From Sphyrna mokarran (taxonomy: Eukaryota), in NCBI GenBank assembly GCA_024679065.1, contig JAGIQG010000016.1, positions 5,332,001 through 5,396,000 on the forward strand: a stretch of 64,000 nucleotides of DNA, given 5' to 3'. The position numbers were made by a program, and so were the translations under genes. Positions 47,401 through 59,400 of this stretch are shown one piece after another; positions within the stretch are counted from its first letter, which is position 1, and each line of letters opens with the position of its first letter. The notes under the pieces are model-generated. The model had not been told where the DNA came from. It searched no databases and worked only from the letters and a program-made list of their open reading frames with translations.

Positions 47401-50400
47401 ATTGAAGAAATGTCCTGGTGACCAAATCTGGGCGATTAATGTTAACTCCAGATGGAGCAGCCAACCCATTCTGCACCCCTCCAGCTTGTATCTACCACTG
47501 GCTGGATGGGTAAGGGACATCAGGAAGGGTGTATAATGGGGCATAAGTGATGCAGATTGATGTTAATGAGTTAAGGACAAATGTTCTGGGTTTAAATGGT
47601 GATGGAATAATCAGGATCGGAAGCAGTGAGATAGGAACAATCCATGTGTGTTGTGTCAATGATCAAGCTTCCATCCACAATCACAATGCTGTCCAGATCA
47701 CCAACAACCTTTTCTGGTTCCCCCATGCTGACACTATGGTTAAGAAAGCCCACCAATGCCGCTACTTTGTCAGAAGACCAAGGAACTTTGGCATATCAGC
47801 TGTGACTCTCACCAACTTTTACAGATACACCACAGAAAGCATTCTTCCTGCTTGGATCACAGCTTGGTATGGGCTCCTGCTCTGCCCAAGATAGCAAGAA
47901 ACTACAAAGGGTCTTGAACAAAGCCCAGTCCATCACTCAAGCCAGCCTCCCATCTAATGGCTCTGTCTACACTTCCCGCTGTCTCGGCAAAGCAGCCAGC
48001 ATAATTAAGGACCCCACGCACCCCGAGCATTCCTTCTCCCACCTTTTTCCATTGGGAAAAGTATACAAAAGCCTGAAGTCACGTATCGACCACCTTCTTC
48101 CCTGCTGCCATCAAACTTTTGAATGTCTTAGCTTGCACTCAGTTGACCTTTCTTTACCTGTGACAGTAGTTCTACATTCTTTACTTTCTTTTCCTTCTCT
48201 CTGAATGCTATGCTTTGTCTGTACAGCATCCAAGAAACAATATTCCTTACCGTATCGCAATACATGTGACAATAATAAATCAAGTCAAATGAAAACAATT
48301 GGGGTAAGGTCAGAGGAATGACCCAGGTGAGCTGAGTTACCTCTGTAAGTCCAACAGCACCAGCATAAGGGTAATGACATGTCTAAATCAATCCTCGGAG
48401 TACATTGTTGCACTCCACGGAGCTGAGAATCAGATTCCAAAGGGTGAAGTTGGGTGAAGAACAGCTTTTGAAATGAGCTTTCAGTGGAGGATGCCTCAAA
48501 TTAGTCGGAATGACAAAGAGACAAACAAGGGGGTCAGATCAAGAGTAGGGTTGAGGAGTCAAAAGGGTTTTCAAAAAATTGAACAGAAATCGGAGGAGGC
48601 GATGGCCCAGTGATATTGTCGCTGGGTAATTAATCCAGAAACTCAGTGAACGTTCTGGGGAACTTGGGTTCGAATCCCACCGCTGGAATAAAGTTTGCCA
48701 AAAGTTTACTTTTTCCAGCTAAAAGTTTGGGGGCAAGTCTCTGAAGCAAGTCATTTTCAGGTGTGGGTGAATTTTACTCCCCTTGCCTCAGTTCCAGCCT
48801 GTGGTGGAGTCTGAATGTTTTAAGAATCTGGTATTAAGAATCTACTCTTTGCTGATTGTCAAAAAAAACCCATCTGATTGACTGGGGAAGGAAATCTGCT
48901 GTCCTCACCTCCTCTCACCTTCACGTGGGTCCAGAGCTACTGCAATGTGGTTAACTCTCAACTGCACCTAGGGCAACGAGGGCTAAATGCTGTCCCAGCC
49001 CGTATCCCACGTAGGAAAAACATGACAACTAAATGTAGAGTTTGGAAAGGAAGAACTGAGAGTGTTGCCATGGCAACAATTGATGGAGGGAGTGAGGGTA
49101 AAGAGAAAGAGGGAGGATTGAACAGGGGAATGTTATTGAAATTGGATTGTCGGAGGATTGTAGAAACCCAGAGAAGGAGGAAGGCAATGTTGATGACCCT
49201 GCTGGGGGGAATGTGACAATAAGCAAAGACGCAATGGGAGACCAATTTTCTATTACCTGTTTCCCCTTATCGCCCAAAAGGGAAATCTGTCCCAAAGATT
49301 TCTGACGCAGAATCTCACACAACAAACCATCCTAACTGCTATTTGTCACAATTTCTCTGCGCTTCTCTGTAACATCTGTTGTACATCAGCCTAATCCCAC
49401 CCAGTGAGCAATACACTTGTATCGTGGGCACATTTAGACCGATATTAAACTCCAATACACATTAGTTTACCCTATCATCTTTTTCAGAAGTATTGCCGGC
49501 ATGCCAATCTCACACAAAAGGATATCCTCCCCTTCTCCTTCCCCGCTGTGTTGACCTGCAGAACACATTCATTCTTAATGCTGGTTCTTCATATAAAGAA
49601 CAGAAAATGCTGGATAAACTCAGCAGCGTCTGTGGAGAGAGAAGCAGAGTTAACATCTCGCGACTCTGTGAGTCTCCTCTGAGCTGACGAGGGGTGCTGG
49701 ATTATACTGTGAGAGAATGTGCCCCAGAATCGGGATAGGTTGGAGTTACTGAAAGATGTAATGGGCACAAGGCAAAGGGGGTGTTAATGGTGCCATGAAG
49801 GACTAAAGAAGGTGTGAGTAGTGACAAAGATAGCAGAACATGTGACAAGAGGCCAGTGCTTGTTGAAAGTAAAGCTAAAAGTGACAGATGGCCCTGTGGT
49901 GAGAGGGAGAGGGGATGGTTCATTTAGACCAGCAATAATTCATGTTGGTTCTGCTCACCAAGCGGTTAAGGGGCCAAAGGACACATAAACCCTGAGATAA
50001 GAATTTATTTTTGAGTTTGGTTGTGTTTTGTGGTTGTGACATTTCACTGGGCTGAAAGTGGCACCTCAGATTGTTGCATTTCTTTTCAAACAGCCCACAT
50101 AATGAGACCCAAACTTCTATTTACATTTGTTTTTTCGCTTAATCTAGTTGGCGTTTCTGGAGCTGAAGGTGCAGCTCCGAGATGATGATGAGTTTAGGAA
50201 ATGACCTCACTCTTCTCTATATCCACCTGGTCACGGGATCCAGATTCTCAGTTCACGGTTTCTCATTGAACATACAACCCAGTCAAGATTCAGCTCCGCC
50301 TCCCGTGTGTGCCTAACACATTTTTAACAATGTTGCCCTGGAAACAATGACATGTAGAGAGAAGTTGCCGGGATAGACCTGTTTTCGCAGTGTATTGGCT

Positions 50401-53400
50401 CATCACAATTCTGAACCATCCATTATCTCCACAGGGTAGGAAATGTACACAATGAAATTCTCAATAAATTCAGCACATATTTACCCTTGCCAAGAATAGG
50501 TTGTTGCTGGAGGATTGGCTTCCGCGACACATTTGAGGTTGACACTCCTGCTGCCATGTTCGTGTGTTATGGTCACTATCGGTGGATCTACGGGGGAAAA
50601 TCATTGTGTTCATGTGGTCAGTGCTCCATATAGTAAAGAATCCAACGTTGTATTTGTGTCAAAGTGGTCACAACAACGGGAACCTCGACTAACAATAGAA
50701 ACGCAGAATCATACAGTGCAGGAGGAAGCCATTCGGCCCATCGAGCTTGAACTGACAACAATCACACACAGGGCTTATCCCCATAACTCCACAGATTTAC
50801 TCCACTCGTCCCACTAAGGGGCAATTTAACCAATCCTTCTTATTTGCACATCTTTGCACTGTGGGAGGAAACCGGAGCACCCGGATGACCTATGCAATCT
50901 TAAAATATCAAAAAGCGATTTCTTTCAAAGTTGAATGAACCACAAGCATGTGGGAGAACTCAGAAGATGGCATGGTGGTGCAGGGGTTAGCACGGCCGCC
51001 TCACAGTGCCAGGGACCCAGGTTTAATTCTGCTCTCGTGTCACTGTCTGTGTGGAGTTCGCACATTCTCCCCGTGTCTGCATGGGTTTCCTCCGGGTGCT
51101 CCGGTTTCCTCCCACATTCCGAAAGACGTGCTGGCTAGGTGTATTGGACATGCTAAACTCTCCCTCAGTGTACCCGAGCAGGCGGCAGAGTCGGGGATTT
51201 TCACGGTGACTCCTTTGCGATGTTAATGTAAGCCTACTTGTGACACCAGTAAATAACTCTGCAGAGTTTGTGTGGAGTTTGCACATTCTCCCCGTGTCCA
51301 CGTGGGTTTACCCTGGGTGCTCCAGTTCTCTCTCACACTTCAAAGATGCACAGGTTAGGTGGATTGGCCGTGCTGAATTGTCCCTCGTTGTCAGGGGGCA
51401 TTAACAGGGCAAACACGTGAGGTGACGGGGGATTGGGTCTGGGTGAGATTGTGACCCGTGCAGGTTCGATGGGCTGAATGGCCTCCTGTAGGGTTTGTCT
51501 GATTCTAGAAAGCACCTATAGTTTAACACATCCCCTAGAATGTGTGACTACCACATTGCGGGGGGCAGCAGATACTGGGGGAAGAACACCAACTGGAGGC
51601 TCCCCTCCAAGTAACTTCTCATCCTGACTGGTAAATATGGACTTTAGTAAGGCGTTTGATAAGGTGGCCCATGGAAGACTTCTACAGAAAATGCAGATGT
51701 GTGGAATAGAGGGTGATTTAGCTAATTGGATTAGGAATTGGCTGGCAGATAGAAGACAGAGGGTGGTGGTTGATGGGAGATATTCATCGTGGAGTTCGGT
51801 GACGAGTGGTGTGCCTCAGGGGTGTGTTTTGGGGCCCCTGCTGTTTGTGATTTTTATAAATGATCTGGATGAGGGTATTGAGGGATGGTTCAGTAAATTT
51901 GCAGATGATACTAAAGTTGGTGGTGTGGTAGATAGTGAAGAGGGGTGTTTTAGTTTACAGAGTGACTTGGACAAGTTGCAGAGCTGGGCAGAGAGGTGGC
52001 AAATGGAGTTTAATGTGGAAAAGTGTGAGGTAATGCACTTTGGCAGGAACAATAAATGTGTAGAGTATAGGGCTAATGGTAGGGCTCTTAATAGTGTTGA
52101 GGAACAGAAGGATCTTGGTGTATGTGTCAATAGATCCCTGAAAGTAGGCAGTCAAGTGGATAAAGTTGTTAAGAAGGCATATGGAGTCTTAGCTTTTATT
52201 GGTAGTGGGATTGAATTTAGGAGCCGCAGCATCATGTTGCAGCTGTACAAAACTCTAGTGCGGCCGCACTTGGAGTATTGTGTGCAGTTCTGGTCGCCAC
52301 ATTATAAGAAAGATGTGGAGGCATTGGAGAGGGTACAGAGGAGGTTTACCAGGATGTTGCCTGGTATGGAGGGCAGGTCCTATGAGGAGAGGTTGAAGGA
52401 TTTGAGGTTGTTTTCATTAGAAAGGAGGCGGCTAAGAGGGGATCTTATTGAAGCATTTAAGATGATTAGAGATTTAGATAGGGTGGACAGTGATAGCCTT
52501 TTTCCTAGGATGGAGAAAGCTAGCACGAGGAGACACAGCTTTAAATTAAGGGGTATGAGTTATAGGACGGATATCAGAGGTAGGTTCTTTACTCAAGGGT
52601 GATTAGGGAGTGGAATGCCCTGCCTGCAGCTGTTGTAGATGCGCCAAGTTTGGTGGCGTTTAAGAGGTTAGTTGATAAGTATATGGATGAGAAGGGAATG
52701 GTTTAGTTAGGAGGGGCATTGCTTTTTATTTTGGTCGGCACAACATCGAAGGCCGAAGGGCCTGTTCTGTGCTGTATTGTTCTATGTTCTATGTTCTATG
52801 TTCTATATATCCCTTCACTGTCGCTGGGTCAAAATCTCCGTCCTCAATAGCACTGTGGGTGTACCAATACTTCAGAGACTTCAGCAGTTCAAGAAGGCAG
52901 CTCACTGCCATCTTCTCAAGGGGTAATTAGGGATGGGTGATCCGCCCACATTTCATAAATACATTTTTAAAAACTTGTTCTGACAACTGAAGTCTCACGC
53001 ACCAACATCCCCCACCTCCCCCCTCCCTCCCAGTGCTCCGTTTTCTTCCCACACTCCCAGGATGTGCCGGTTCGGTGGATTGGCCCGTGCTATATTGACA
53101 CTCTGGGAGGGATTTTACCAGCACGTCTGCCCGAGGTTCGTACAATCCCTGCTGAGGGCAAGAGAGAATGGCTGGTCTCTGAGCCTCCAAATCGGGGCTG
53201 GCATGCCAGTAAAATTCTGGCTTCAGTATCAGGGAGAATAGCAGGGTAAATATATGGGGTTGAGGGGATGGGGCCTTGGTGGGATCATTCTCAGCGCAGC
53301 TCAATGGACAGAATGGCCTCTTTCTGCGCTGTACGGATTCTACGATTCTCGGATAATGTCCATTCTGCACTACAACAACCTGCTGCATTGATGTAGCAAT

Positions 53401-56400
53401 TGTGCACCAAATTGTGGGACCAAATTGGCCAAAATTAACATAACCGCTAATTTCTGAAAAAGAGTGATTTAATAACTGCATGTTGATCAGACAATGTGCT
53501 CTGGAACAATATGTTAGTCTTTGACATATTTAATATATTCAGATGGGGTTTACAAATGGACGGATGGTGAAATTAAATAAAACCCCTCATTCCGAACCTC
53601 TCAGAAACCCTGTCATTGTAGATACCCAGAAACTCAATGAGATAAATTTAATACTGTTCCAATTGAGCAGGAGTTTACTGCAGTGCGTCTCTAATTGGAT
53701 AGAAATATTTGTCTTTGTACATAAGAACATAAGAACCAGTGGTCCATCTGGTCCCTCGAGCATTTTTGTGGACTCAGCTCCACTTCCCCGCTCACTCACC
53801 ATAATCCTTAATTCCTTTACTGTTCAAAAATTTATCTACCTTTGCCTCAAAAACATTCAATGATGTCGCCTCAACTGAGCAGGGAATTCCACAGATTCAC
53901 AACCCTCTGTGTGAAGAAGTTCCTCCTCAACTCAGTCCTAAATCTGCTCCTCTTTATTTTGAGGCCATGCCCCCTAATTCTAGTTTCATCCGCCAATGGA
54001 AATAACTTTCCTGCTTCTACCTTATCCATTCCCTTCATAATCTTATATGTTTCTATAAGATCTCCCTCATTTGTCTAAATTCCAATGAGTATAACCATAG
54101 TCTATTCAGGCTCTTCTCATAAGCCAATTCTCTTAACTCTGGAATCAACTTAGTCAATCTCCTCTGCACCCCCTCCAGTGCCAATATATTCTTCCTCAGA
54201 TAAGGAGACCAAAATTGTACTCCAGGTGTGGCCTCACCAGCACCTTATACAGCTGCAACATAACCTTGCTGTTTTTAAACTCCATCCTTCTAGCAATGAA
54301 GGAAAAAATTCCATTTGCCTTCTTAATTATCTGCTGCATCTCCAAACCAGCTCCTTGAAATTCTTGCACAAGGACACCCAGGTCCCTCTGCACAGCAGCA
54401 TGCTGCGAGTTTTTACCGTTTAAATAATAGTCCATTTTGCTGTTATTCCTACCAAAAGGGATGACCTCACATTTATCAACATTGTATTCCATCTGCCAGA
54501 CCCTTGCCCACTCACTTAATCTATCTTTATCCCTTTCAGCGTCCTCTGCACACTTTGCTCTGCCTCTCATCTTAGTGTTATCTGTGAATTTTGACACATA
54601 ACACTTGGTCCTCAACTCCAAATCATCTGCGTAAATCGTAAAAAATTGCAGTCCCAACACTGATCCCTGAGGCACATCACTAGTCACTGATCAACAACCA
54701 GAGAAACACCCATTTACCCCCAATCTTTGCTTTCTATTAGTTAACCAATCTTCTATCCTTGCTGATAGATTATCTACAATACCTCGCACCTTTATCTTAG
54801 GTAGCAGCCTTTGGTGCAGCACCTTGTCAAATGCCTTCTGCAAATCCAGATACACCACATCCACAGGTTCCCCATTGTTCACTGAGCATGTAATGTTCTC
54901 AAAGCATTCCACCAAATTAGTCAAACATAACCTGTCCTTTCATGAATCTATGCTGCATCTTACCAATGGGACAATTTATATCCAAATGTCTCACTATTTC
55001 TTCCTTGATGATAGATTCAAACATTTTCCCCACTACAGAAGTTAAGCTAACCAGTCTATAGTTACCTGCCTTTTGTCTATCTCCTTTTTTAAACAGAGGC
55101 GTCAGATTTACTGTTTTCCAATCTATGGAAAGCACACCAGAGTCCAGCGAATTTCAGTAAATTATCACCAGTGCATTTGCTATGTCCCCCACCATCTCTC
55201 TTAGTACCCTGGGTTGCCTTCCATCTGGACCAGGAGACTTTGTCTATCTTTAGCCCCAATAGCTTGCCCAACACTACCTCTTTTGGGATAATGATAATTT
55301 TTACCTGCCGTAGCCTTCCTGTTATCAATTTTTGGCATGTTATTTGTGTCTTCCAATTACTACCGGAAGGACATGGAGACTCTGGAGAGAGCGCAGAGGA
55401 GATTTACCAGGATGCTGCCTGGTATGGAAGGTCTGAGTTACGAGGAGAGGTTAGGCAAATTGGGACTGTTTTCCTTAGAAAGACGTAGATTTAGAGGAGA
55501 TCTGATAGAGGTGTACAAGATTATGAGGGGCATAGATAGAGTAAACAGGCTTAAACTTCTTCCTAGGATGGACTTAAATAGCACGAGGGGTCACGGACTT
55601 AGGGTGAGGAGGGTAAGGTATAATTTGGATGCTAAAGGGAGTTTTTTCACACAGAGAGTGGTGGGGGTATGGAACGTGCTGCCAAGTAAAGTGGTGGAGG
55701 CAGGCAGTCTGTTGTTATTTAAGAGATACCTAGATGGGCACATGAACAGAATGGGAACAGAAGGATTTAGAAAACTGATTTAAAATAGGCATCGTGAGCC
55801 TTGGGAGTTCCCAGGAAAGTGTGTAAATTGTCGATGATATTGATGTATTTGTTTTATCCTACAGGTGCTTAGGTCCGCCTTGTTGTCTAACAAGGGGCAT
55901 ACACGCGATGGGTTGTGAGAGGGATTTTTTCTTGGATTTTTTCCGAGAGTATCCTAGTGCTTCAGGTTGTTAGTGTACACTTGACCTGGACCATTCGACG
56001 GGCAACACGACAGCTCAGTGACTGTCGCTGTGCTGTGCAGATACATGGATTTGGGCCTGTGTCTGTGGGAGAGTGTGCATTCTCCCCGTGCTTGCGTGGG
56101 TTTTCTCCGGGTGCTCCGGTTTCCTCCCACATCCCAAAGATGTGCTCTTAGGCTGATTGGCAGAACAAATTCTCCCTAAATTGTCTCAAATGTGGTTCTA
56201 ATCCATAGATCTATAAATATAGACAGGGATCAGGGGTAGAGGTGGGAACATCGGAGTGGCGGCGCGGGCTCGTTCGGCCGAAGGGCCTGTTTTCCGTGCT
56301 GTTTTGTTCTTTGTTCGTTGTACAAAATACCTGTTTAATGCCTCAGCCATTTTCCCATTTCCAGTTATTACATCCTCCTTCTCGTCCTCCAAAGGACAAA

Positions 56401-59400
56401 TGTTTACTTTTGCCACTCTTTTTCATTTTGCATATTTTTACAAAATATATTTGTACAGGGGACTTACAGAGGATGGATAGTTTCCTTGTGAATATAATGT
56501 TGCCACGCGATGCTGGATGGGAGACAACACAAGTCACTTCTTGACCATTAGTGGAACGAGTGGGTACCATCTTATACAGGCTGGTGACAGTTGTTGTTCC
56601 ACTGTCGCTTTTAACCTGGGTTGTTGTATAGTTTCCACGGAGATTGGAAATCCACCTGATCCCGGCTGGAGGGTTCCCTTCAGCTGAAACACATTTTGCC
56701 ACAGGTACTTCTGAAAGGCCAACTGTTGTGGGAATTGTCACCGCCGTGTTGTTGGGCTTTACTTGGGGGAGATTAACAAGAAATCGATTCAGTGCCAGTT
56801 TCAATAATCTTGTCATTAATATAGAACAGAGACATGAAACAGATCAATATATCAATGTCCCCAATGTCAAATAACCCAATGGTGTGGTGGATAGGTTATC
56901 GGAAGAGAGAGAGACAAAGTGGGAAAATGAGAAGAGAAGGAAGAAGACATTGGAAAACCTAAGAAATAAGAAGGAATATAATAAGTAATGTGATTGTTTT
57001 CGATTTGGAAACATCCTTTACCCTTACTGATTAAAATCTGTCAATCGTACCCTTGAACACACTCAATGACCCAGTCTCTGCAGCTCCCTGAGGATTCAAA
57101 GTCAGTTTCAAACGTATCGGTAGCTTGTAACTAGTCTGGAGCAGAAACGTGAGTTAGTGGCTCTTTTGATAAATGTGGGCATTTTTCAGCACAAATTAAC
57201 TTAATTAACACTGAAATTGAGGGAGACGGGTATGATCTTAGAGTCATTATAGAGACATGGAGAGAAAGCTGGGAGCAATGTGATAGAAGACACTCCATAA
57301 TGATAGGCAGGAAGGAAAGAGCAATGGGATCACTTTGTTAGTATCAGATGGAGTAAGTACGAGAGCAAGGAAGGATCTTGGATTCGGAAGGTGTAGAATG
57401 GGTGGAGGTAAGAAGTAACAAGGGGAAGAAGATGCTGGGGGGAGTAGTCTACAAGGTCCCCTAATAGTAGTGAATATGGTAGGGCAGAGAATAAATCAGG
57501 AGATAACGAGGGCATGGAAAAAATATGTACATTAATCGTGGCTGACTTTAATTTTCATGGGAGTTGCAAAACTCTAATTGGCAGAGGCAGCCGTGGGGAA
57601 GAAAATATGCAAAAGGAGAGACTCTCTGGCTTCTGAGCTACATGTTTCCCGCCACTGGGAGTACTGTGTTGTTTGTTAACGGTAGGATTCTCTATCATCA
57701 ATGGGAATTCACATTAATATCATCCCACGCCAACAGGAAATCACCGGGTGGGGGGGGTGTGCTGCCAGCAGGACTGGAAAATCCCATCAACATGAACAGC
57801 TGGAGAATTCTGGCTAATGTATTAAGGAGTTTCCTAGTACACTTATGTGTTGGATGCAACCAGGGGTGGTTTGGGATCTGGTAATGTGCAATGAGGCTGG
57901 TTTCATTAACAGTCTCAGAGTAAAGGATCCCAGAGGAAAGAGTGACCATAACGTGGAAGAATTCAGTTTGAGGATGAAGATCTTGGGGCAAAAACAACTG
58001 TGCCAAACTTCAGGAAGTGTAATTACAAAGAAAGGTGGACAGAGCTGACTGGAATGGACTGGGAAAGGAGAGAATCAGAAAAATTGGCTGATCAGCAATG
58101 GCAGTCATTCATAGAATCCCTACAATATAGAATGAAGCCATTCAGCCCATCGAGTCTGCACCGACCACAACCCCACCCAAGGCCTTATTCCCATAACCCC
58201 ATGCATTAACCCTAGTTGGATCGCCTGACACCAAGGGTCGATTTAGCATGGCCAATCCACCTAACCTCACACATTGTGAAAGCAAACTGAGCAGGAGGCC
58301 ATTCGGCCCCTCGAGTCTGCACTGGCAACAACCCTATCCCAGGCCCTCTCCCCGAAACCCCACATACTTATCCCACTAATCCCTCTAACGTACATATCCT
58401 GGGACACTAAGGGGCAACTTAGCACAGCCAATCAACCTAACCTGCATACCTTTGGACTGTGGGAGGAAATTGGAGCACCCGGAGGCAACCCGCACGGGCA
58501 AGAGGAAAATGTACAAACTCCACACAGGCACGTCCTAAGCCAGGAATCGAACCTGGGTCCTTCTCTGTAATATATACACTCCTCAAGACATCACTATTTG
58601 TTTCCCCAAGTTCTCTACCATTCATGCTTTTCTCAAAGGTAAATACTGATGAGAAATATTCATTTAGGATCTCACCCATCTCCTGTAAATCCGCACATAG
58701 ATGACCTTGTTGATCCTTAAGAAGCCCTACTCTCTCCCATGTTACTCTTTTGCCCGTTATGTATTTGTGGAAGCTCTTTGGATTCTCCTTTGCCTTATCT
58801 GCCAAAACAATCTCGTGCCCCCTTTTTGGATGTGCTATATTCATAGCTGGGGTGCAGAGAAAGATCAACTTAATATATAGTAGGCCCATTCAAAAGTCTG
58901 ATGGCAGCAGAGAAGAAGCTACTCTTGAGTTAGTTAGTACATGACCTCAGACAATGCTTAGCACTGGTGCCTCACAGTGCCGGGGACCTGGGTTCAATTC
59001 CCTGCTTGGGGCACTGGTTGTGTGGAGTCTGCACATTCTCCCCATGCCTGCATGGGTTTCTTTCGCGCTTTTCAGTTTCATCCCACAGTCCAAAGATGTG
59101 CGGGTTAAGTGGATTGGCTGTGCTAAATTGCTCCTTAGTGTCAAGCGGACTCATGGGGGTAAATGTATGGGGGTTATGTGGATTGGATTTGAATGGGATT
59201 ATTGTTGGTGTAAACCAAATGACCTCCTTCTGCACTGCAGGCTTCTATGATTTTGTATCTTTTTCCCAACGGAAGAAGGTGGAAGAGAGTATATCTGGGG
59301 TACAAGGGGTTTTTGGTTATGCTGACAATTTTCCGAGGCATTGGGAAGTGTCGACAGAATCAATGGATGGGAGGTTGGTTTGGACTGGGCTTTGTTCACA

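Noticed and set aside
51637-52602. 321-aa reverse transcriptase ORF as a host gene or active element
   Set aside because: 5'-truncated CR1 with no endonuclease or ORF1 and a frameshift near the end.
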